A stretch of 64,000 nucleotides of DNA, from positions 22,136,001 to 22,200,000 of the forward strand of contig CM052817.1 in NCBI GenBank assembly GCA_028534125.1. Direction: 5' to 3'. This DNA is from Lama glama (lineage: Eukaryota). Position 1 is the stretch's first letter. Each line of letters begins with the position of its first letter. The notes beneath the pieces are model-generated. The model was not told the origin of the DNA and did not search any database. It saw only the letters and a list, made by a program, of their open reading frames with translations. Position numbers and translations under genes: made by a program. This document shows positions 1 to 11,602 of the stretch, one piece after another.

Positions 1-320
1 TCCTTCTCAACTCTTGCCTCCCTCTTATAAGGACCCCTGGGATTACACTGGGCCCACCTGAAAACTCCAAGATATTTCCTCATTTCAAGGTCCTTAACTT
101 GAGACTTGGAAACCATCTTGTAGATGCTTGAAATACCAAAGAAATGTTCAAAATTTGTGTGACAATAAATAATAATCTGACACTTAGACTGAAAAAAGGG
201 AAAAAAAAGATCTTTAACTTATTACATCTACAAAATCTTTTGCCATCTAAGGTACATATTCACAGTTTCTGGAGATTAAGACTTAGATATCTTGCATGGC
301 CATTACTCAGCCTACCCCAT
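1..320 (-). mobile_element. MaLR LTR fragment (MLT1C/D-like), interrupted by a small retrocopy
   Basis: Contains typical MLT1 segments: cttataaggacccct..gattacactgggcccacc, tcaaggtccttaactt, acatctacaaaatc..ttgcc, cacagtttctggagattaagact, ggccattactcagcctac. The element resumes at 207-220 after the insertion. Confidence 0.8.
101..206 (+). pseudogene. Tiny 5'-truncated processed retrocopy (mRNA 3'-end fragment, source unknown)
   Basis: AATAAA at 164-169, decayed A-tail from 192, and a flanking 14-bp duplication aaggtccttaactt (87-100) / aagatctttaactt (207-220). Confidence 0.7.
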
Positions 321-1966
321 ACACTGATAAAAGTGATTCAGTAGGGAGGACAATTCTTGGTAAAGGAAAACAAAAAGAGAATCTGGGGGGCATGTCTGGA
401 GTTGGCTAGAGGCTGTGGTATGTAGTACCCAAGTGACATGTTTGGCATTAAACAGAAATCGGAATAGTTCATCGATAATAATAGGTGAGAAGGTAGCTTA
501 TATGCATATTGGTAGTGGTGGATAAATCGATATGGTGGAAATAAGTATATCTTCTTAGATTAGTAAGGCTTTATTGGTTACTAATCTGACTCTAACCTAG
601 GTTGATGTGAACTAAACAATTTAGAAGCTATCTTACCAGCACTTTTCAAACAGTTCCATTGACATGTTAAGAATAAACTGGTTGAGTATCAGGTAACAAA
701 TAACAGGCAAGATAAAAATTTAGGTAATTGATGTGACACCAAGAAATGTTGCTTGGTACCCCTGCCCATTACAGCACCTGTTTTCTGGGTTCCCTTAGCA
801 TTACCATTTTCTGTGCACTTAATATTAAACAGTGAATTCATCCATAACAGTGCAGAGAAGGCATCTCATTCAGCTAATAGCATAGATGAAATACTCAATA
901 CATGAAACAAGTCAATCTGTCCTATTGGATATTTTGTTTTGTTTGGTTTGTTTAAGTGGTTACATGGGTTGCCTTTCCCTAACAGCATATGGATTTCTTT
1001 TTTGGAGAATTTTCTTCCCAATATTGTATGCAGTCTCGATGGAATAGAAAATGAAGTGGCTCTACCCTACCCTTTCAGAGGTCTAAAAGGATCTGGAGGC
1101 TACATTGGCCATAAATGTCTTCTCATCATCCTGGTACAAGATGCAGTAGAGCAATAGAAAGAATGTAAATCCAAGCTCAGCCAAATTAACTAGTCTTATA
1201 TCCTTCGTCTCCCTCCTCTGCCCCCAGGACAATGACTTTTTTAGCGCAGAGATTGAAGAGCAGGTAAAAACAAAAATAAAACAAGGGAGTCAGGTAGTGC
1301 ATGTTCTATATTCCAATCTGTTTTCAAGTTAGAGAACTATCCAATAAATTCTATATGCTTCCTAATATATTTCCAATACATTATGTTTTAATTAAAATTA
1401 GAGTTTAATTTTCTTTTGCTTGAGACCAAAGGACCCTAACTCATAGACTAATTTCAAGGGACTTCAGTCCTAGAGAAGTAGGACATATAATCAGACTATG
1501 TCTAAATGAACATCTCTATCAGTAGGGACTAGCAATCAGTCAAAATAGAATTTGAGCTGGACCCTGAGGCAATGTAGAATTGAATTCCTTTGAGTAGAGG
1601 TGGGTGAATATTACAGGTGTGGAAAACAAGGGACACACAGAGGGAATTCAGAATGGCAGCTTTGAGGGCTAAAGAGAAAACACTAGGTAAAGCAGAGGGC
1701 TCCCTTTGAGAAGTTGCCAAACCAATAGAATAAAAACTTGTTTAGAGTTTCAAAGTTGGCATTTGAATACCAAGAAAGACCGTAGCCAAAAACATGTCTA
1801 CCTATAAATCATTGGCTTGTTATAAACATAGGCAGTGATGCAGATCTTTAGGTTTGTAATAAAAAATAAAATTAGATATAAAATATATCCAAATACATCT
1901 AAATATATTGTCTCTGATGGTATTGTAGGTGTTTGTGTAGGAACAGGTTGTACATCAGAGAGGAAA

Positions 1967-1988
1967 AAGAGAAAGAGAGAGAGAGAGG
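1967..1988. repeat. Short imperfect (GA)n microsatellite
   Basis: agagaaagagagagagagag read directly. Confidence 0.7.
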
Positions 1989-2129
1989 GATTCTAGTTCA
2001 AATCTCTTACTTTTCACAAAAGAGAAACATCTCAAAGAAAAGGAAGAGTATGGAGAGGATATTGATCAACTAAAGAAACACATTATGTACTTTAATTATT
2101 TCTCTTATTCTAGAGTTTCATTAATCCTA

Positions 2130-2235
2130 TAATGTAAATGCATTATTTAGTTTGTATTGATGAGGAAAACAAAACACAGAAAGATTAACTAACTTGCTAA
2201 ATTTCATGTAGCTGCTAAGTGGAAGAGCCACTTTT
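2130..2235 (-). mobile_element. MIR SINE fragment
   Basis: Degenerate MIR core in reverse: gatgaggaaaac..acagaaagattaactaacttgctaaa..tagctgctaagtggaagagcc. Confidence 0.6.
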
Positions 2236-3699
2236 TCCAAGGTCAAACATTGATTAAGATGCTTAATTAGATTCTCTTGTTGGAAATTATGAAGGACATT
2301 CACATTTAGTCCCATAACCTTGTGCCAAACCAGGACTCAGAAATAAGACTGTAATATGACTTTGTGTGTTGTCTAATCCCCTTTGCTTCAAGTGTTCCTC
2401 AGTGTAAAATATGGAGATAATTAAGGCTAATGTTGGAATATAAAATTTCTAGATCAATTAGTAAAATAATTAGGCATGAATTAAAAAGAAACAATTGTGT
2501 ATGTTTCTGTAAAAATGTCCCCTCAGTAAGTTCCAAATATCAGGTGCTGTTTTATCCACAGGTAAGCAAAAACCCTGATTTCCTCTTGTTTCACTTAAAC
2601 TGAGCTTATTTTACTATAGGCGTATGTGAGTTATTATTCACTGTGATGTTTAATTAATTTCAGACTCTTCTCCACTGATATTTCTTTATGGTGTCACTTG
2701 AAGGACACCATGAGATTTTGATTTTAATTAAGTCATGATTCTGTTGCAGTCTTAAACTTGGATATTCCCATTCAATTAATCTTGATCTTGTCCCCTAGAC
2801 GAAATAAGTATATTATTTTTTAAAAGTTGCAAATCTCACAGGATCTCCTGTGGGAATACTGTATATAGAAATCATGTTTATGATTAATTTCTTTTGCATT
2901 ACATTGAATGGTTTTTCTTTCATTGGAATGCCTATGCCAAACTTCCATTCAGTGAAATAAAGAATATGACTGGCTTATTAAATGGAATTTTCATTCCTGA
3001 ACGAAGGCTATGGATTTAATTAAATAACTCCAATATTTTAAAAAAATTTGTGTATGTGATTATCAGTATTGGTTTTGATTATTTATGCTAGAATAGATGA
3101 TAATTTGAAAACCAAAATGTTGTTGTAAATGTACTGTATTCTCCATTTGCTGATACATTACTAAAAGCCATTTAGAAAAAAATAGCATAGGTATATATAT
3201 ATAAATCGACTAATTGCAAAATAACACTTCTTTCTGGACCTGTTTCTTTTAACTGCTTTTGTTAGGCGGGGAGCCTGACAGGTAATAGCTGGCATCACTC
3301 ATTCTGTTCAAGAATGGAAAGATAATCATATGAACCAGTGACACTATTCCTCAATGAATAACAAAGTAATTCATTGGGGCTAAATTTATATGGACATATT
3401 TTTATAATTGTGTTGAATTTACTAGTTGGCAAATTGCATAAGGATAGTAAGCATGTCTGTGCTGTTCACTACTATATCTCCATGTGCTTAATACTCACCT
3501 TTGTATACATTAAATATGAATAAATATTTGTTTATAATTTATAGGAAATATTTTCAGAAGTGAATAAGTTGGCTTCTGGCAAATTCTGGCCAGGACTTAG
3601 CCTCTATAAATACAATGCTTGAAGAAATATATAAGACAACAGTTTTTAGTCATTGGACAAAGGTAGTGTAAGACTATGATCCCTGAAAGAAAGAAATCT

Positions 3700-4450
3700 T
3701 ATAAACTAAAACCTACCTGCCTGCCTCTCTGCCTGGGAATATTTTCCAACTTCAGGGCAGAGAGCTGGAGTCCAAGAGAGCAAGATGGGTCCACTGACCA
3801 AAGGAGGCAGAGATCGGCATTCATGGCTGAGAAGTATGACATGGGAGAGAATGGTGGTAGTACAAAGAATTCAGTGCAAGTTGGGAGATGATCTGTATCA
3901 TTTCTTCCCTAAAGGCTGGACTTAGTGTTTTTTAAGTCTTAGCAAAGAGTGGCTGCTATGAGACTGAGATAGAGAAATCCTAAATGTTGAGCATATCTAG
4001 AAGGAACTGGAATTCCAGCTCGGCTAGAGAACAGAGACCTTGTTAACACCCTTGGGATTCAGCTGGAACGTGAAATCCTTGTCTTAGGAGGAAGACCCAC
4101 ACCCTAGAGAAGGACTGCTTTTAGACCTGCTCCAACAAAGCCCAAGCCAAGCCTTTACAAGATGTGTAAGCAAGATAGAGTTTGGAACCTTTAGGATAAC
4201 TCCAGGATCCTCAGTCTATACAGTTGTGGTATACAAGTAAAACTACGACATAGGCGTGAAACTAGAAACTGTGTACAATAGTCTCAACCCAAAACAAAAC
4301 AAAATCTTTTCTAATATGTTATCTGACTACAGTGTAAAGTAGAAATACATATCAAAAAGGACCTGGACAACTAATTTTTAAAAGGATAATACATTATGGC
4401 CAAGTGGTTTATCCTATGAAAAAAGTTTGTTTCAACTGAAGCAGTAATAT
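3700..4450 (+). mobile_element. Old L1M fragments (5' region plus an ORF2 remnant)
   Basis: ORF2-like remnant aaaggataatacattatggccaagtggtttatcc..gtttgtttcaac at ~4380-4436. The upstream part resembles old L1M 5' sequence and is heavily degraded. Confidence 0.45.
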
Positions 4451-4886
4451 TTATCAATTTATGACCATGGCATATTATTTTGTCATAACCTTAAAGTTGA
4501 TTTTTCCAGATTAGTTTTGAGTTTGAACAAATTTTCACACTTTGGCTTAATTTTGTAGACATTTTTATAATCTGAAAAATAATCATTTGTTAATTTTACT
4601 TACATATTTTATTTCAGCTCATTTAAGGCTTTTATTTATGTTTCTAAATGGTGGCTTTTGACATACAGATGTTACTTTTTTTTAAATAGAATTGTGATGA
4701 TCAATATCTAGTGTTTTGGATTATATTTTCTGTGCCCTGTTTAAGAAACTCTCTTCTGTCCAGATGTCATCAAGATCTTTTATGATAAATAAATTCAAAA
4801 AGTTTGCTTTTCACAAAAAAGTTTTTAATTTACTGACTGACTCATTGCTTTTCTAATGACTTGTAATGTCTTTTTATCATATACTA

Positions 4887-5274
4887 TATTTGTTTCCTAT
4901 TGCTTCTGTAACAAATTACCATATACTTAGTCACTTAGAACAGTACAATTTATTGTCTTATAGTTCTGGAGTTCAGGAATCCAAAATAGGTCTCAGTGGG
5001 CTAAAAAGTCAGTATGTCAGCAGAGCGGTGTTCCTTCTGGAGACTCTGGGGAGAATCTGTTTCCTTCTCTTTTCCAGGTTCTAGAGGCTGCCTTTATCCC
5101 TTGGCTTGTAGCCTCCTTCCAGCCAGCAGTTATATCCTCTGGGCCCCTGCTTCCATCATCACATCTCCTACTCTAACTCTTCTGTCTCCCTCTTTCACTT
5201 ATAAGAACCCTTGTGATTATATTGGGTGAACCCAGAAAGTACAGGACAATCTCCCCATCTCAAGATCCTTAACT
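4887..5274 (-). mobile_element. MaLR LTR (MLT1D-like), truncated
   Basis: tgtaacaaattacca..atttattgtcttatagttctggag..aaataggtctcagtgggctaaaa..ggggagaatctgtttcctt..ttctagaggctgcc..cccatctcaagatccttaact. Confidence 0.85.
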
Positions 5275-5519
5275 GCTTAAAATTTTCCTTTTATATATTT
5301 ATTTTTATTTTTTATTATTTTTAATGTTACTGTTTTATCTGTTTTATGACTTTTTAATGGTTTTTATGTTTACACACTTTTTGCATAATTACAGTTTCAG
5401 TGTGTATTTGTTGAGTATATTGAACACAAATATTTCAGACTTTTTCTTGGTGCTACCAAACAGCAATAATAAAACGGCTTCTTTTTTTTTTAAAAGCACT
5501 CTGCCTTTATTAAATTTAG

Positions 5520-6050
5520 ATTCCAGGAGGCAGACAATGAGTAAAATAAGTAAGATAGTGCTACATATTTAGAGAAAATTTAATCTCAAAAGAAAAGAAG
5601 AGAGTTGGGAGTTGGGTTACAGTTTTGGATTGGGTAGCAACAGAATCCTCACATAGAAGAGGACATTTGAGTAAATACTTGAAGGAATTAAGAGAGATTC
5701 CATCCCCTAAGAGTAGAAGGAACAGCAAGGAGGCTAGTGTGGCTTGAGGGATGCAAGCATAGGGACGACAGACAGGAGATGAAACCTGGGAGACAAGAGA
5801 GGTGGGACATATCATGTCGAACATTTGGAGCCAGTGCAAAGTTTTGGGGTTTTGTTGTTTGTGAACTAGAAAATTAATGAGAGACTCTGAGCAACGGTGT
5901 TAAATGAATTTTAGCCAGTTTCCTTTACCTGCTATGCTGAGATAAGTTCAGAGCGGACACTGGTGGAAGTAGTAGCATGATTTAGTTTTTGTTTCTAAAA
6001 TTGATATAGAAGACGGTAGTGGCTTAGAATGAATTGTACTAGTGAAGGTA
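5520..6050 (-). mobile_element. L2 LINE fragment
   Basis: Purine-rich antisense L2 pattern: gacatttgagtaaatacttgaagga..aggaacagcaaggaggctagtgtggct..gagacggtagtggcttaga. Confidence 0.75.
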
Positions 6051-6052
6051 AT

Positions 6053-6165
6053 ATGACATAATTTATAGTCATTTTTATACTGTTCCATTATCTCATGACA
6101 TAATTTATAATCATTTGATATTGACATAATTTATAGTCATTTTTATATTGTTCCATTATCTTATG
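6053..6165. repeat. Local tandem duplication (3 copies of tgacataatttat(a)gtcattt)
   Basis: Units start at ~6054, ~6096 and ~6122. The first and third share a ~43-bp extension. Confidence 0.85.
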
Positions 6166-7554
6166 TTTTTGAGAATCACAGTGCTAAGTTTTGTATTCAT
6201 TGCTCTTACTGATTCTGGCTTATATTGGTTTGTAAGTTTTTAATGTGAATTCATTTTTAAGAGAGATTTCTTTTCCATCAGGGAATAAAATGTGGCTCAG
6301 GTTGTGGATATGTCCTTTCACAGATTTTGTTGTTTTGTTTCATTTTATTAATTCAGCCAAATGCCTTAAAGACATCACTGTCAGGTTGAATTTTATGTTA
6401 ATTTTTCCTTGGTATTTTTCTCCATCAAGATGGTTTGTAACTTAGACTTAAACCCCGTACTTAGCAAAAAAAGTTTTTGTTTCTCTGTTTCTCACAACAG
6501 ATTTTTATTTGTACATCCAGAATTTGAGCAGAGACAAATGTTGTGCCATCTCCCTGAACCAACAAGTAAACCTCTGCCAATTCTCCTTTTCTCGAAGGTA
6601 CAATATTTCAGAAGTCCCACTTCTGTGCCAAGGTCTTGATTTCCACTATCCATCACAGTCACAGGGTCTGATCTGTTTCCTTAGAGATTAAATTTAGATC
6701 CTTCCCACTCTCCCCTCCCCTCTCCCACACTGACCAGTGGCCCTGCATTGTCAGCCCGTAAGCTCACAGATCTGTTGTTGTGTTCGTTCTTCTTTTATGA
6801 AACCTAGGGATTTCTTTTTCTACAGTCACTTTTTGGTAGGATCGCTTAAAGAGTTTTGATATGCTATATTTTTTACTAGATTTTCCAATGTTTCTATGGA
6901 AGAGTTTTAAAATATGCTTATATTAGAGCGTCATCAGAGAGTACTTTAATTTTGTGTACTTCTATTTTTGAATACAATATAACTACAGTAAAATTAATGT
7001 TGTTCCTGTTTGTATGCCTTGATCATTAAACACACATGTGCATATTGACATACATAAATTACTCCAAACAGAATACCTGCATGAAGAATTCTGCATGGTA
7101 ACCAGTAACAATCCTGACCTCAAAAAAGGACTCCAAGCCAATGGCACCAGCCAAAGATCCTTGCAAAACAATGAGATAGAGAGGAAACTACTAAATTCTT
7201 ATACTATACACATATTCTTGTCCTTTATGATAAAAACAAAAATGAATGAATGAATATGTATATACATTTTACTTGGTACATTTATTTTAAAAAGGAATGT
7301 TTATGTAGAAGCAAGTTGCATGGCAGAAAGGTTTGGGGAGAGATGCTCCTTCATATTTTTAAGATGATTCAGCCGATGTTTTTATTGCCTTTGCCTAAAG
7401 CAAAGTAAGATGTAAACGCTGAAAAATATTGTCAATAACAAAATGCTATCAGCAGAATCAGGTTTTGGAGAAAGGTAGATAAAAAGTGAGGTAAAGTCAT
7501 TTGCACAAAATGAAACAAGTTAAATAATGCTCTAATCTGAAAACTCCTGAAATA

Positions 7555-7657
7555 ATAACTCTGTGAAGACCAGAATGTTTGTTGTGTCTCCACCCTATCA
7601 CTAAGATGAGTGTCTGGATAACATTAGACATTCAATAAATATTTGATAATGAATGGA
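7555..7657 (+). mobile_element. L2 3'-end fragment
   Basis: ctgtgaagaccaga..gtgtctgga..tagacattcaataaatatttgataatgaatg. Confidence 0.6.
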
Positions 7658-8230
7658 TTCTTGTATTATTTAGAAGGCATAGGATTGTGGGTGTTAATCG
7701 TGTCTTGAAAGTTAAAAATAAATGCACTTTAAGTTGTCTTCTATACTCAGAAACTTATAACTATTAAAAAGCAAATGGCAGAGAATAAGGAATATAATAT
7801 AATGTTCACAGTTACCAGCTTCTTTATACCTACATATAGATGCTTAATTTACATAGTAACACTCTTACATTTACATTTTGGCCGAGGACAATTATAACAA
7901 ATTAGTTCATATTTGAAAATAAATTATAGGAAAAAAGCATTAAATATTTACTTTCATTGAAATTTTCAGATGAAATGATGCTAAGCTAGAAATTCCAGGA
8001 AAACAATTCTTTAAGTCCATTTTCTCTCCCCTCTCAGCTTTTTCTTGAAAATCTATGTGATCATAATAGCACATAAACTAAGATTCACAAACTATTGAAT
8101 TGGTTTGAGAATTTTTAGTTCTGTCATTTATAGGAAGACTAAGTGGGAACTCTGCCTTACATATTTTAGAAGATAAACTCTTATGCATAGTCCTCTTTTA
8201 GCTTATTAGGAAGTAACATAAGGCATTGAT

Positions 8231-8431
8231 CTAGTAGTGTCTGGGTGAATGTTTAACTGGCTTTCCAGAAATACCAAGCCCTCTTGTATGGTGTTTGCCT
8301 TTTTCCACATCGTAAATGTTCCCACAGTGTTCCCTTTCGAGACCAGCATGTCATCCATGAACACGGAGTTGGAAAGAGTTGTGTTCAACAGGCTCTTGAA
8401 GTCTGTGTGAGCTGTCACCATCTCACCAATA
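8231..8431 (-). mobile_element. MER63A-like hAT (Blackjack) non-autonomous DNA transposon
   Basis: The minus strand reads ctctttccaactccgtgttca..gtgggaacatttac..ggaaaaaggcaaacac..agggctt..ggaaagccagttaaacattcacccagacactactag. This matches the MER63 core also visible at 33480-33590, and degenerate terminal inverted repeats are present. Confidence 0.75.
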
Positions 8432-8952
8432 TTGCTCTAGACAAGTAGTCAGGAACACAGGCAGGAAAAATGCAAAGAGCAGCGCATGCAAATTTTTAAA
8501 AAGTGACTTTTCACTTACTTCATCTGAGCTAAATGTCATTTCAAGGCAGCAGACATAGATGAAATTTATTTTTCCACTATCAAAATAGTAGATCTTCATG
8601 AGAAGAACGTCTGACAGTCACTGAAAATTGCGAGTGAAGCTCTAGAAATTGCTTTACTCACTAGCAGGGTATGTGAAAGGGAAAATACTGGAACCAAATG
8701 CATCATGAACAGACATAAGAAATTTTCATCTTGTCTCTTATGAAAGTATCACATTTAGAGAAAACTCTTCAATAAATGGTAAGCAAACAAATAAATAGGA
8801 CAAGGGATATGTGAAATTTACTAAACATAGAAAAAAATAAAAGAATACCTAAATGAGAGTATGTCTGATTATGATTGGAAATATAAAAGAAAAAGATATT
8901 ACTGGACCTCTTAGCAGTGATAGTAACTCATAAATTCAATTAAAATTTATTT

Positions 8953-9120
8953 GGGGGGAGAGTATAGCTCATTGGTAGAGCACATGCTTAGCATGCATGA
9001 GGACCAGGGTTCAATCCCCAGTACAGCCATTAAATAAATAAACAAACAAACAAACCTAATTACCTGCCCCCCAAATACATAAAGAAAGAAATAAATATAA
9101 ATAAAGGATTGTTATTTAAA
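8953..9120 (+). mobile_element. tRNA-Ala-derived SINE (camelid Vic-1 type)
   Basis: ggggggagagtatagctcattggtagag (A box), cttagcat (AGC anticodon loop), ggttcaatcccc (B box), then A-rich linker, cctaattacc and A-rich tail. Confidence 0.9.
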
Positions 9121-9384
9121 ATTCAATTGTAGGAAATATTCCTGAAATAAAATAGATGTGCAATTAAAACAGATTAATTGAAAATATCATGGTCTTCACA
9201 TTTCTGTTTTAAAACATAAAATAGTCAAAATTTTATTTAATATAATAAATATTTGTTATGGAAAGTTTTTAATAACACAGGCATAAAGAAAGATCATTTT
9301 CTAAAAATGTTACCACTCAAGAGAAAACTGCTATTGACATTTTGCTTCTGTGTTTTCTGTTGTTTTCCATATAAGGGGCTTAAA

Positions 9385-9535
9385 AGGAGGGCTTTGTGAT
9401 CATATAGAATTCAACTAGAAACAAATTCTACCACTTGTTCAGTTACTTAACTCTCCATGTCTCACTTTTTCTACACAGAATAGAAATAATAATACCTACC
9501 TCATGGTAATAATAAAATATATAATAAAGCATGAT
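9385..9535 (+). mobile_element. MIR SINE fragment
   Basis: agttacttaactctccatgtctcacttttt..ataataatacctacctcatgg. Confidence 0.65.
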
Positions 9536-9639
9536 TCAATATTCTTCTTATAATCCTTTTGAAATCTGTTCCTCATAATAGTGCATAATAGTAATCTGGT
9601 CAATGGTTAAAATTTTGAATTTTAATGAACACATTCCTT

Positions 9640-10020
9640 CATAAGGCTAAATGTTCTACTTTTAAAAAATCATAACTGTTAAAAACATTTTCCTTATTCT
9701 AAGCCAAATTCATCTTTTGGGGGGATAACTTTCAATGGTTGTTTTTAGCGTGTTACTTAGAAGTAACAGAGTGGGTTCACTGTCCCTTTTGTGAGGTAAC
9801 CATTCAAATATTTCAGTGCTTCTATTAATGCTGATTAAGTGTGGTCTTTTTCAAGGTGAATAATCCCAATCTCTCAGTCATTTTTTTTATGTCCTGTCTT
9901 CTAGACACTTCACGATCTTTTCATTTTTTCTCCAGACACATTCAAATTTTGTCAATGTGTTCCTTAAAATTTGTATCCAAAGAGTCAAACATAATATATC
10001 ACATACTGTCTGACCATCCG
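9640..10020 (-). mobile_element. L3/CR1 LINE fragment
   Basis: ttttccttattctaagccaaatt..ttttgtcaatgtgttccttaaaatttgtatccaaagagtcaaacataata..tgtctgacc resembles antisense L3 ORF2/3' sequence. Confidence 0.6.
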
Positions 10021-11215
10021 AAAGATTGTCAAGACTGGTACTTCCTCAATAAGATTACTAAAATTCTCTTAATTTAACTTTAGAAAATGTCCACACAGTT
10101 TACCATTTCTGTGCCACTGAATTATAAATATTAGATGAGGAAGTTTACAGCTGACTGTATGCAGGAGGGCAAGTTATTAACTGCTTATGCAGAAGAGAAG
10201 TATGGGACTTTGAATGGGAGCACAGCTGGGCAGGTGAGTGAGGGTTGTTGAATTGTCAGAAAAATGATCACAAGATGACAATAATTGCCTACTAGCCTCC
10301 TAGACCTTATGAATCCTAATAGGAAAATTTAAAGACCATTGGGGATGATTGTACTTTGTCAGAACAATCAAAGCAATATTCCAGTTTTGAAAGTGCGAAA
10401 GAAAGGTGCATCTCATATGTACAGCCTCATTCACCTTGGTTCTTGGGGTCATCTGTGTAATCAACTCCTCTGGACTTCAAATATTCTTTCTCTGCTCTGC
10501 AAATATCACTTTCCTGTTTGTCAAACTCAGTTGGAACTGTGCAAATAGATCCATCTTTATTCAATTCAGGAACTTTGTCAATGCCTGACTTCAAACATGG
10601 TGACCAGAATTGAACAAAAGATTCTGGATAATTTTATTAGCACAGAGTAAAGTGAAGTGGAACTATTACTTTTCATATTTAGGAAAATTCACTTCTCTTA
10701 AGTTAGTCTTAGATTTTGTTCTGTTTTTAGAGTGTGTGATTCCCCTGAAATGCTCCATGTGTTTTTCAGCAAGATCCCATTTATTGCTACCCCTCGAACT
10801 GGGCTCTTAATAGTTTTTTGTATTATGTTTTGTCCATTCTCTTCCATTTTTTTCTTTTCTACCACAAAAACTCAATTTGAAAGCAAGAAGATATTTTGTG
10901 GTAAGAAAACAATAAAATAAGGACAAGTAAGTAGGAACATAGACTGATGGGTTAGTTCATTTATTAAAGCATGTATTCATTAAGCAACTATTATGTATTT
11001 GGAATTGTGTTAGACATTGCAAATACAATGACACACTGCCCATTTGTGGTTCCAGCCATCTTAGGGTTTATGAACTAGTGATTCTCAACAGTGATCGATT
11101 GAGTAAGATAATAGCAATGGTTTCCATGGAGATATATAGTTTAAATGAGACTAGAAAAGAAATATAGACCAAAACAAATACTATCGAAATAGAATTGATA
11201 AGACTCAGTAACACA

Positions 11216-11333
11216 GGGGGGAGGGTACAGCTCAAGTGTTAGAGTACATGCTTAGCATGCACAAGGTCCTGAGTTCAATCCCCAGTACCTCCTCTAAAAA
11301 AATAAATGAACCTAATTACTTCACCCCAAAAAT
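11216..11333 (+). mobile_element. tRNA-Ala-derived SINE (camelid Vic-1 type) with perfect 15-bp TSD
   Basis: Same head and cctaattac linker as the copy at 8953. TSD taagactcagtaaca at 11199-11213 and 11334-11348. Confidence 0.93.
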
Positions 11334-11602
11334 TAAGACTCAGTAACAGGACAAATTAACACTAAAGTAATACAGTAAAAGAGAAAAAGTCCAAACTCGA
11401 TTTTTCTTTGGGGAGTTTTTACATTTCAAAAACTCTGACAGTTTTACCTTGTTTGGTATATGGTTTGACTCTGTGATATGTCAGTCATGTGTTAGTTTTA
11501 ATAATATTAATAGCATTAAATTTTGAAGCCTACAACTTTGAAAGAGTAAGAAGGAAAAATAATCACATCCAAATTGTTCCATGTCAGTTCGTGTTAACTT
11601 CA

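Noticed and set aside
5260..5274. MLT1D ending at the same aagatccttaact motif that is duplicated at 87-220
   Set aside because: The motif is simply shared MLT1 consensus, and a single coincidence does not establish a hotspot.
8206..8421. 71-aa minus-strand ORF as a recognisable protein-coding exon
   Set aside because: It looks protein-like but coincides with a MER63A MITE. Kept only as part of a speculative finding.
10435..10536. In-frame TGA read as selenocysteine in an alternative minus-strand frame (..RKNI*SPEE..)
   Set aside because: No selenoprotein homology recognised and no SECIS identified. An isolated stop is expected by chance.
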